Shown in pieces: positions 1-8,607 of a stretch of DNA of 32,000 nt (position 1 is its first letter; each line of letters starts with the position of its first letter). The stretch comes from Methanothermobacter thermautotrophicus str. Delta H (lineage in GTDB: Archaea > Methanobacteriota > Methanobacteria > Methanobacteriales > Methanothermobacteraceae). The notes under the pieces were generated by a model. The model worked only from the letters and a program-made list of their open reading frames with translations, was not told the origin of the DNA and ran no database searches. The stretch spans positions 300,001 through 332,000 of the forward strand of contig NC_000916.1 of the NCBI RefSeq assembly GCF_000008645.1. Direction: 5' to 3'. A program made the position numbers and the translations under genes.

Positions 1-1317
1 GCTGGCGGCATCCATGATCATCGATGCGGTGATTGAATTTTCAGCAGACGGCTTTGTTGTTGCGGATGGTATCCCACCCAGAAAGTCTTTATCGATCAAC
101 CCGTACCTGAAGAGGGCGTATCCGTCGGCTCCTCCACGGAGGGCTGAATCTATATCTCCCCTGAGCTCATCTGCAGGTATGGGCGTCACATCACTGTCGG
201 ATCTGTAGGTCTGAAGTCCGGTCCACACCTGTGCACCGGGGCTCCTGGCCTTGATGTAGGCAGTTACATTCTGTATCCATGAGGAATCCTCCCGGTAGTT
301 ACCCTTGTAGACCATCGGCACAAGGACGTCCAGATACTCTGCAAGCTGGGTGTAGTTCTGGCCATAGTAGTAGGCATTTGATCCCTTCTCTGGCATCAGG
401 GCAGCCGACAGTAGAAGCCCGGGGTTAACAGATTTAACGGCTTCACTGATCCTCCTGACTATCCCTGTTATGGTTGCTGTTGAGTTGGGCACCTGGTATG
501 CGTTTCCAGGGTACCGGATATAGTCGAGGTGGATACCACCAACCCCTGGAATGCTGGTGTATGATAGCACCCTCCGGGTGAGGTTATCAATGAACTGCTC
601 TGCATAGCTTGTGTTGTAGCCGTATCTTGTCTCTGTACTGGTAACCGTCTTTGTAACTGTCCTGTACTTTATGGTGTAACGTGTCTCCTTGACGTACCTG
701 TAGGAGGTTTTCTTAACGTAGCGGTACTTCCAGGTGTATCTCCACTTACCCCTGTACTTGTACCATGACTTGTACCACTTCTTCACATAGGTTGTGTAGG
801 CCTTCTTCACTGTTACAGTGTAATAGTACTTGTAGGGTTCCTTGACTGTGACCTTGCTGGTGGTTGTAACATTGTAGGCGTACCTGCCGGTTGGGTCAAC
901 CCATTTGCCGTTAGCATCCTTGAGGCAGATGACCCAGGCACTCACCCTTATACCCTGGGCTGAAGTGTTACCGAGGAATGAGGTGAGGTTTGCTCTGAAG
1001 CGTTCATCATTGAAGGCCAGCTGCTCAAGGAAAACATCAGATATACCCTTACCTTTGAGTTCACTGAGGTTGACCTTTCCCATGTCATAGGCCTTGACCC
1101 AGATGGCGCCGTGTGCCTGTTCTGTTGTTGTGTTTTCCTGTGTTTGTGTTGTGTTCTGCTCTGCTGTTTCTGTTGTGTTTTCCGTTGTTGTGTTTGTGTT
1201 CTGGGCCTCCATATCCTCTGTGCTGCTGTCTGCCATTTCAACGGCAGACGCCACATTTGAGCCCATGAATGAAAGCACCAGAACAAGGGCTATTAGAATG
1301 TTCAGCTTTCTCGAAAT
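1..1317 (-). CDS. Secreted glycosidase-like (TIM-barrel type) protein, partial, C-terminus beyond left edge
   Basis: Uninterrupted minus-strand frame translated by hand: signal peptide SRKLNILIALVLVLSFMGSNVASA, then a Thr/Asn/Gln-rich linker, GAIWVKAYDMGKVNLSELKGKGISDVFLEQLAF, a Tyr/Lys-rich insert, then GVGGIHLDYIRYPG and LDVLVPMVYKGNY, motifs typical of glycosyl-hydrolase-like domains. It is missing from the ORF track because it has no stop inside the window. The start codon is uncertain. Confidence 0.75.
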   Translation of the reverse strand, partial: MSRKLNILIALVLVLSFMGSNVASAVEMADSSTEDMEAQNTNTTTENTTETAEQNTTQTQENTTTEQAHGAIWVKAYDMGKVNLSELKGKGISDVFLEQLAFNDERFRANLTSFLGNTSAQGIRVSAWVICLKDANGKWVDPTGRYAYNVTTTSKVTVKEPYKYYYTVTVKKAYTTYVKKWYKSWYKYRGKWRYTWKYRYVKKTSYRYVKETRYTIKYRTVTKTVTSTETRYGYNTSYAEQFIDNLTRRVLSYTSIPGVGGIHLDYIRYPGNAYQVPNSTATITGIVRRISEAVKSVNPGLLLSAALMPEKGSNAYYYGQNYTQLAEYLDVLVPMVYKGNYREDSSWIQNVTAYIKARSPGAQVWTGLQTYRSDSDVTPIPADELRGDIDSALRGGADGYALFRYGLIDKDFLGGIPSATTKPSAENSITASMIMDAAS

Positions 1318-1369
1318 TTTACCGCCTCCACTGGGGCTAAAAACCCCATGTAGACTCTTAAAAAGGCCT

Positions 1370-1380
1370 TTATATATAAA
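1370..1380 (-). promoter_or_regulatory. Putative TATA box for the left-edge secreted protein
   Basis: Minus-strand TTTATATATAAAG about 55-60 nt upstream of the proposed start region. Confidence 0.5.
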
Positions 1381-1627
1381 CATTGTGGTTTAAAAATTGA
1401 AAAAAGACATTATTAGAACTTTTTAAATCAAATAAGACAATATTAGAGTCTTTCACGGTTTTCATTATGCTCCGTGAGTCTGGATAACAGCTCCTAAAAA
1501 GATAAGAGCATTCGCGCTCCGGATCTAATTTCGGAGCCACCATATAACCGCTGTTCAGAGGAGGAGGTCTGCGCATGTCAGATTAAGGGGGTAATACAAT
1601 GTTTGATCAACTCTCCACATAAACCCC

Positions 1628-3270
1628 TCACTCCTCAAGCTCACAGACCCCACTGTAACAGCTGAATATCTCATCTGAGATCCTCCTGGTAGCCTCACGC
1701 TTCTCTGAAACCACCACATCGGCCCCTGCCGTGTAGAGCATCTCAGTATTCTCAAATCCCCTTATCCTCGCTATTATCTTCATACCCTCATTCAGCGCCC
1801 TGGCTTCATGGATGGCATGGACCGTGGACCGGTAGTCTGCAATGGCAATCACCATCACCGCAGCCTCCGGGACATTGAAATGCCTCAGCACGGCCAGGTG
1901 CGTCCCATCCCCATAGTAGACATTGAGACCCTCATCGCGGGCCCTTCTCACGGCTTCAGGGTTGACATCCAGGCCTATGTAGGGTATACCATGGTCCTCA
2001 CAGGTATCAGCAAGCCTCCTCCCGGTTATACCCATACCTATGATTATCAGGTGGTCCCTGAGGTCCACAGAGGGCCTCCTGTAGACCCTCCCATTCTTTA
2101 TCCGGGGGTGGAGGTCCGCGCGGACTATCCTCTCTGAGATCCTGGGTGAGAGCGATATGAGGAAGGGGGTGATGGCCATGGTTATCAGTGAAACCGAGAG
2201 GAAGGCCTGGAATGTTAAACGGTCCATGAGGCCGTAACGTAGCCCGGTCTCAGAGAGTATGAAGGAGAACTCACCGATCTGTGCAAGGACAAGGCCCAGA
2301 AGGACCACAACCCTTGCGGAGTAGCCCATGACGAATCCAACGAGGCTGTTCATGACCACCTTTATCATGAGAACCCCGATAACCGCAAGGACTATGAGGT
2401 AGATGTGGTCCAGGAAGAACCTCAGATCCAGCAGCATACCCAGGGAGACGAAGAAGAAGCTCAGGAAGACCTCCTGGAAGGGGAGTATTGTCCCCTGGGC
2501 CCTGTGGGCGTATTCTGTGTTCGCAACGATGGAACCCACCAGGAAGGCCCCCAGGGCGGGTGACAGGCCCACCTCCCCTGTGAGCCAGGTGACAGAGGCG
2601 CATACAAGTATGACTGTGAGGAGGAATATCTCACGGCTCCCTGTGGCCGCAACCACATCGAAGAGCCTGGGCACAAGCACCTTGCCGATACAAGGTTCCC
2701 AAGGGAGCACAGCACCGGCTGTGAGGAGGGTTCCCAGCGCCGATGAGGGGTCACCCACCACCCCGCCAAGGAAGGGCACCGTGAGGATCATGGGCACGGC
2801 TGCAACGTCCTGAAATATGAGGATGGCCAGGGAGGCCTGTCCATGGGGTGCCTCTGTCTCATGGAAGTCCTGGAGGACCTTGAGGACCACAGCTGTACTG
2901 CTGAGTGATATCAGGAAACCCAGGAAGACGGCTTTACCCGGGCTTAGACCCAGCACCATGGTGAGGATGGTCACCACCGAGACAGTCAGACATATCTGGA
3001 GGGTTCCACCTATAAGGGCTGTTCTTCTGAACTCCCCGAACCTTTCAGCTGACATTTCAAGTCCGATTGTGAAAAGAAGCAGTATAACACCCAGTTCAGC
3101 CAGGCTCTCAATACTCCCTGATGACACAGCCCCGAGGACAGATGGACCGGCTATCACCCCGGTCACAAAGAAGCCCAGAATGTGGGGTTCCTGGCCCGGT
3201 TGAGCAGAAGGAGGACCATGAGTGCCAGGCTGAATATTATGACAATCTCCCTCATGAGTGGAACGTCCAT
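1628..3270 (-). CDS. Kef-type monovalent cation/H+ antiporter with C-terminal TrkA-N (RCK) domain; frame broken near N-terminus
   Basis: The ORF at 1628..3166 has a Na+/H+ exchanger-like membrane domain (VTGVIAGPSVLGAV, ALIGGTLQICLTV, FLGFLISLSSTAVVLKVL) and an RCK domain (LIIIGMGITGRRLADTCEDHGIPYIGLDVNPE). The natural N-terminus MDVPLMREIVIIFSLALMVLLLLNRAR starts at 3270 in another frame. Confidence 0.85.
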
Positions 3271-3470
3271 GTTAACACCATTTTAACTTTCTCTGACCGG
3301 TTTCTAATTAGCTTTTGTATCCGGTGTTCATTATCCCATTCTGCCTCGTGTATCCGGTGTTTATTCCGGGGCTCTGATCTGATGGCAATGGTTCCTGTTA
3401 TTATGGATTATATATGATGTTCTCTCAGCGGAGCGAACCATCAAAAAGAAAAAATGAGGTTTATTAACCT

Positions 3471-5087
3471 CTAAAAGGGTAAACTCGCGTATATGCCCTT
3501 TATCACTGCGCTGGAAGTGTTCCAGTTGTTCACAACTCCAAGGCTGTTCCTTGAGCTTGTTGCATCTGCAGCGTACCATGTATCGCCAACGAGGAGCTGG
3601 GCCCAGACATGTCCATAGACGTTACCTGATGTGAAGTTACAGGTCCCGTGCACATACCTGGCAGGTATCCCGGCAGCCCTTGCCAGGGCAACCAGGAGGT
3701 GTGTGTGGTCCACACAGTTACCTGTCCTGTTTTTGAGTGTGCCCACTGCGCCGTACTTCGTATTATAGTAGAAGCTGTAGTTTATATTGTCACGCACCCA
3801 GCCGAAGACGGCCTCCGCCCTGGAAAACGTCGAGGTCAGCCCCCTTGTTATCTCAGATGCAAGGGATCTGATATCAGGACTGTCCACGGGACAGCTGGCT
3901 GACGAGGCGAGGTACCTTGCGGTGCTCTCACCCCTGTAGGGGTCATTCTCTGGCCGGTTCTTCAGGGAGGACGCCAGCCTCGTCACGGTCACGGTGTTCG
4001 GAAGTCTTTTGTTGCTGCTGTAGAAGCTCAGGACCCTTGAAATGGAGTATACAAGGCTCTCATACGAGATTCTACCTTTACTTGATCCTGCATAATTTGG
4101 GGCCCTATGGTTCTTCTCCATGAACCCCTGAACGCCGGATGCCACCTTGAGGTACTCTAACCTTGTGAGAGTACCCCTGGCATCACCTGCAGGGTTTGCT
4201 GCCTCACCGGCAGTTACCGGTGCGACTGGGGTGTTCTTCCCCAGATTTATCTGGTTGAGGCATTTAACCATAAGATGCAGAAACTGGGCTATACCAAGCC
4301 TCTGGTTTGCCACCTGCACATACCCGGGTAGGCTCTGATTCCTGTCAATGTAGTTCTTCAGTGAATTGGCCGCTGCAAGTATCTGCTCCCTTGTGAACCC
4401 TGAATTGCCACTGGCAGCATCGCTGCTGCCGGAATTGTTACTGGTGGGTGTGGAGGATTTCACAGAATTCAGTGCGTCCAGTTTGATGTGGTTTGGAAGG
4501 CGCTGATTTGCCACTTTAAAATTAATTGCCCTTGCAAATAGCCACACAAGTGATTCGAATCCTATCTTCTGGTCCCTGAAGCCTATGTATCCGGGCGCCC
4601 CTCCTGAGGAGAGGACCCTCCCTGCAACTTCAAGGTAATCCTTAAGGTAAATTGAGCCTTTGAGCATGGTCCCTGATGTTTTCCCTGGAACCTGGACCTG
4701 ATTCACTGTGGGTGTCCGGTTGAGGACGTAGTATGCTTCAAGCTGCAGGAACTGTGCCATGTTCACCTTAACGCTTCCAACCTCAACTGTGAGGGGAAGA
4801 CGTTTATTCCTTGCTATGAAGGCGTTGACACGGACTGCGGCGTCCTCAACATCGGCCCGTGAAACGGATGGGCCCGCTGCAGAGTCCAGAGTCCTGTTAG
4901 CCTCTGCACTCCCATTAACCACTGCAACTGTGGAGTTTGACTCCATCACCGTACTGCAGGTTTTCACTGTCATATTATCAGGAAGCAGTGCTTCTTCACC
5001 TTGTGTGTTCTGGGCATAGATCTCTCCGGTATTAAGTAACACCATGCATGCAAAGAGCACGCACAGCAGTTGCATACCACGGGATAT
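3471..5087 (-). CDS. Secreted protein with about four pseudomurein-binding repeats and a C-terminal transglutaminase-like domain
   Basis: ORF 3471..5075 (ATG), possibly starting at 5087. Signal peptide LLCVLFACMVLLNTG. Repeats contain the motif F/YxxxNxRLPNxV (for example YLEVAGRVLSSGGAPGYI, LKNYIDRNQSLPGYV, FMEKNHRAPNYA, FYSSNKRLPNTV). Transglutaminase core: TGNCVDHTHLLVALARAAGIPARYVHG, GHVWAQLLVGDTWYAADAT. Confidence 0.88.
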   Translation of the reverse strand: MSRGMQLLCVLFACMVLLNTGEIYAQNTQGEEALLPDNMTVKTCSTVMESNSTVAVVNGSAEANRTLDSAAGPSVSRADVEDAAVRVNAFIARNKRLPLTVEVGSVKVNMAQFLQLEAYYVLNRTPTVNQVQVPGKTSGTMLKGSIYLKDYLEVAGRVLSSGGAPGYIGFRDQKIGFESLVWLFARAINFKVANQRLPNHIKLDALNSVKSSTPTSNNSGSSDAASGNSGFTREQILAAANSLKNYIDRNQSLPGYVQVANQRLGIAQFLHLMVKCLNQINLGKNTPVAPVTAGEAANPAGDARGTLTRLEYLKVASGVQGFMEKNHRAPNYAGSSKGRISYESLVYSISRVLSFYSSNKRLPNTVTVTRLASSLKNRPENDPYRGESTARYLASSASCPVDSPDIRSLASEITRGLTSTFSRAEAVFGWVRDNINYSFYYNTKYGAVGTLKNRTGNCVDHTHLLVALARAAGIPARYVHGTCNFTSGNVYGHVWAQLLVGDTWYAADATSSRNSLGVVNNWNTSSAVIKGIYASLPF

Positions 5088-5258
5088 ACTATCGCCTCCA
5101 GAATGCAGGACGGAATCCTGCAGCTAATATTTCTGCCCCTGATTTTATTTATAAATTGTGATCTTTTTCTGGTTTCTGGTTTCTGGGGGTTGCGGTAAAA
5201 TTAGAAGAAAGCCCCTATTTTGAGACTCTTTTTGTGTGTATCCGGTTTTTCAGGGTTC

Positions 5259-7361
5259 TTAGAATCTCTTTTTGTACTGTATCTCCGAGAACCTCACCCG
5301 GAACTCTGCGCCCCCATTGGAGGTGTACTCCAGTTCACCGTTCAGCTGCTCGGTCAGGTTCCTCACAAGGAGCATCCCAAGGCTCTTGAGGCTGTCCAGG
5401 TTGAAGTCATCAGGGAGTCCCACGCCATCATCTGCAACGGTAAGCAGAAACCCATCACCATCACGGCCCAGTGAAACACGCACCTCTCCTCCACCATCAG
5501 GGAATGCATACTTGAAGGCGTTTGTCACAAGTTCATTCACTATGAGTCCCAGTGGCATTATGGTGTCAACGTTGAGCTTGATGTCCTCTATTTCAAATCT
5601 GAGATCAACCCGCTGATCAGGCCTCATGTAGGAGAACATTATGCTCCTTGCAAGGCCCTCTATGTAGCCCCTCACATCCACATCCGCAAGGTTCCCTGAA
5701 CGGTAGAGCTTCTCATGTATCATTGACATGCTCATGATGCGCCCCTGGCTGTCCCTGAGGACACCGGTGATTCCCGGGTCATCTATGTAGCTGCTCTGAA
5801 GGTTAAGGAGGCTTGAGATAACCTGCAGGTTGTTCTTGACCCGGTGGTGTATCTCCCTCAGTAGCAGCTCCTTCTCCTCAAGGGATTCCACTAGTCTCTT
5901 CTCATAGAATATCCTCTTCAGTGTCGAGGCAGCCTCTCCACCCATCGTTTCAAGCAGTCTAAGCTCATATTCATCCGGTTCATGCCCGTTCCTGAAGACC
6001 ATGAAGCCGAGGGTCTTATCGTCATGTCTCAGTGCCACCGCTATAAGGTCATCCCTCACCAGCACGGCATCATCCATTTCTCCAAGGATTTCCTCGGGGT
6101 TATCAATGATGAAGCCGTCTCCCATGGGCTTCAGGACACCATCCCTCATGAGGTAGACAGCACCCTCTGATAGGCCCAGATGCTCATTAAGAAGTACCAT
6201 GACATTCCTGAATAGCTCATCAGGGCTGTTACTGTGGTTTATCCTGATTATGGCTTCATTGAGGGTCCTGAACTCATGTAGGCGCATCCTGGTAAGTTTC
6301 TCTGATTTCTCTGTTTCCTCTATCCTGTCCCTCAGCCTGAGTGTGTGGCGGAGGTCCTGGGCTACCATGGAGTAGCCCACCACATCGGCACCCTCCCTTA
6401 TGAGTGATATGAAGAGCTTCACAGGGAGCCGCTCACCATCTGACCTCAGGTACTCAATGGATAGCGGCCTGTGATGATAGTCACCCCTGGAGGATGAAGC
6501 CCTCTCCCTGATGTCCTCAAATTCCCTCTCCAGTTTGCCGTGGTGTTCGGGTGCAACGATGTCCCTCCAGTCCCCTGCAGAGTCCACACCCAGTTCACTT
6601 TCTGCCCTCTGGTTGAGCTTTGTCACCCCTCCCTCTGCATCCAGGAGGACTACGAGGTCGGTGACCTTATCTATTATGCTCTCACCTGCAAGGGATGGGC
6701 TCATGGATGGTGGATGGTAATTGGCCATCCCATGGACGATACCTGCGGCTCCGATCATCCCCACGATCTGTCCCAGGGTGTTCATGTTCTGGGGGCTTGA
6801 CGGGATGAGGGTGGTCACGATGAGGGCTGCAATGAGGCTGAAGGATGATGTGATGAATATGAGGGTGGTCATATTCCTCTCACGGTGGGATGGTGCCACC
6901 CTGGCATGGTTCCATATGAGTGAGACTGCAACGGCAAGATAACCCACCATGTAGGCCTCAAATAATCCCCGGAAGTCTCCGGTCCATGAGAGGAGGTCAT
7001 GGATGTCCCCCGGTTTAACAAGGGAGGCCACAAGCAGCAGGTAGATGAAGAGGAAGGAGGGTATTATGGGTATAACGGTGAACTTACCGGGTCTTTCATC
7101 ATCTGCAGAGAGTACCAGGGCAAAGTTCAGGAATAGGGCTGGCAGCAGGATGATGGAGAGGCCCGAGAGCATGTAGAATATCAGACTGTACACGCCTGAG
7201 GTGGTGTGGAGGAGTGTGGATGTCAGTGCCCACAGGGCCAGTGCTATGGCTATGAGAAGGAAGCTCCACTCCAGATTACACCTCCTCAGCTTGAGGGGGT
7301 ACATTCCGGCCCCCAGATAGAATACCGATGCCAGTACCGATAGGGTTATGTAGATGTCCAT
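5259..7361 (-). CDS. Membrane sensor histidine kinase: multi-TM N-terminus, PAS, HisKA_2-type dimerisation domain and HATPase
   Basis: Several N-terminal transmembrane segments; VTDLVVLLDAEGGVTKLNQRAE (PAS); LLREIHHRVKNNLQVISSLLNLQS (HisKA_2); LVTNAFKYAFPDGGG and DDGVGLPDDF (ATPase N and G boxes). Confidence 0.9.
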   Translation of the reverse strand: MDIYITLSVLASVFYLGAGMYPLKLRRCNLEWSFLLIAIALALWALTSTLLHTTSGVYSLIFYMLSGLSIILLPALFLNFALVLSADDERPGKFTVIPIIPSFLFIYLLLVASLVKPGDIHDLLSWTGDFRGLFEAYMVGYLAVAVSLIWNHARVAPSHRERNMTTLIFITSSFSLIAALIVTTLIPSSPQNMNTLGQIVGMIGAAGIVHGMANYHPPSMSPSLAGESIIDKVTDLVVLLDAEGGVTKLNQRAESELGVDSAGDWRDIVAPEHHGKLEREFEDIRERASSSRGDYHHRPLSIEYLRSDGERLPVKLFISLIREGADVVGYSMVAQDLRHTLRLRDRIEETEKSEKLTRMRLHEFRTLNEAIIRINHSNSPDELFRNVMVLLNEHLGLSEGAVYLMRDGVLKPMGDGFIIDNPEEILGEMDDAVLVRDDLIAVALRHDDKTLGFMVFRNGHEPDEYELRLLETMGGEAASTLKRIFYEKRLVESLEEKELLLREIHHRVKNNLQVISSLLNLQSSYIDDPGITGVLRDSQGRIMSMSMIHEKLYRSGNLADVDVRGYIEGLARSIMFSYMRPDQRVDLRFEIEDIKLNVDTIMPLGLIVNELVTNAFKYAFPDGGGEVRVSLGRDGDGFLLTVADDGVGLPDDFNLDSLKSLGMLLVRNLTEQLNGELEYTSNGGAEFRVRFSEIQYKKRF

Positions 7362-7497
7362 CCTCCCACATCTCTTAAAGTATACATAAAATGAGGTGGT
7401 ATACTGGTTATATCCGGGTTACCATTAAATACCTTTACGGTCATGAGGGTGTGTATCTACCGGAGGCCCACCGGGTATTAATTCATGGAGGATCATA

Positions 7498-8607
7498 ATG
7501 TCATTGCATGATTCATTCGTCAGGTTTCTGCTGAATTCATGGATTGGAAGAGCCCTTAACCTTATCATGGTTGCCATAAATCGTCTTGTACCCAAGAGGG
7601 ACAATCAGATACTCTTTGAAAGCATACCAGATTTTTCAGATAACCCTTCCCAGCTTTACAGTTACATTAAATCCCTTGGAACAGATTACAGGATGATATG
7701 GGTGGTTGACAGTATCAGGGATGACCTCGACGCCCCACAGTATCTGAGGAACACTCCATCAGAATTCTGGCAGTTCCTGAGGTCAAGGTACATAGTCAGC
7801 TCCCACGGCTATCACCTCATGATAAGGGCGGGTAATCAGGTCTACCTCAACCTCTGGCATGGGATGCCCCTGAAGGCAATGGGCTACACAGAAAGGGAGC
7901 CATCCATACTGCTCCCGGGGGTATGTGATGAGAACTACTACCTCATCGCAACTTCCACCATAATGAGGAATGCCCTGGCGGCCTGCTTCAACCAGGACGC
8001 CCGCAGGATACACATAACAGGTCAGCCAAGGAACGATAAACTCCTCACAGAGGGCAGAACCATGGATGATTCCAGGACCATAATCCTGTACACACCAACC
8101 TACCGGGATACCGGGAGGGACGAGTCCATATTCAGCATGCCGGACTACAGTGAGGAGAAATTTCAGGACTTTCTCAGGGAACATGACGCAGTCTTCCTCA
8201 TGAAGCTTCACCCACTCGATTCAGGGATCAGGCAGAGGTCCGGGGGTAATATCAGGGCCCTTGACCCGTCAGAGGATCTCTACGACATCCTCCAGGGGGT
8301 TGATGTCCTTGTAACCGATTACTCATCGGTCTACTTTGACTTTCTGCTCCTTGACAGGCCTGTGATCTTTGCAGTCCCTGACCTGGAGGAGTACCGGAGG
8401 GTCAGGGGTTTTGTCCTGGAGCCCTTCGAGTTCTGGGCCCCGGGTCCCCGTGTTGAAACCTTCACGGATTTCCTGGAGGAACTTGAAAGGTGTCTTGAGG
8501 ACGATGACTATTACAGGAGGGAGAGGAGGATCGTGAACAGCCTCGTGAACCAGCACCAGGACGCGGGGTCATCCAGGAGAGTCTATGAACTGGTCTGGGG
8601 TGATTGA
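7498..8607 (+). CDS. CDP-glycerol:poly(glycerophosphate) glycerophosphotransferase-like protein (TagF/TagB family), copy A
   Basis: RVVYLNLWHG-type motif (VYLNLWHGMPLKAMGY), ITGQPRNDKL, VLMKLHPLD-like FLMKLHPLD and DVLVTDYSSVYFDFLLLDRPVIF are hallmark motifs. Ribosome-binding site GGAGGATCATA precedes ATG. Confidence 0.85.
   Translation: MSLHDSFVRFLLNSWIGRALNLIMVAINRLVPKRDNQILFESIPDFSDNPSQLYSYIKSLGTDYRMIWVVDSIRDDLDAPQYLRNTPSEFWQFLRSRYIVSSHGYHLMIRAGNQVYLNLWHGMPLKAMGYTEREPSILLPGVCDENYYLIATSTIMRNALAACFNQDARRIHITGQPRNDKLLTEGRTMDDSRTIILYTPTYRDTGRDESIFSMPDYSEEKFQDFLREHDAVFLMKLHPLDSGIRQRSGGNIRALDPSEDLYDILQGVDVLVTDYSSVYFDFLLLDRPVIFAVPDLEEYRRVRGFVLEPFEFWAPGPRVETFTDFLEELERCLEDDDYYRRERRIVNSLVNQHQDAGSSRRVYELVWGD
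7927..8043 (+). repeat. Conserved block 1 shared with 11512..11628
   Basis: 117 bp aligned by eye with 2 mismatches between the two TagF-like genes. Confidence 0.9.
8295..8601 (+). repeat. Conserved block 2 shared with 11949..12255
   Basis: About 305 bp aligned by eye with about 10 mismatches, many of the shared positions being synonymous sites. Confidence 0.9.

Noticed and set aside
948-1286. 112-aa minus-strand ORF from the track
   Set aside because: It is out of frame with the signal peptide and glycosidase-like reading frame, and its Gln/Arg-rich stretch is a frame-shifted reading of the Thr/Asn-rich linker.
2403-2813. 136-aa plus-strand ORF
   Set aside because: It is antisense to the clear Kef/RCK coding frame and its composition is that of a shadow ORF. 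The same reasoning applies to the plus-strand ORFs at 2817..3203, 4759..5019, 5272..5616, 12443..12826 and 14590..15021.
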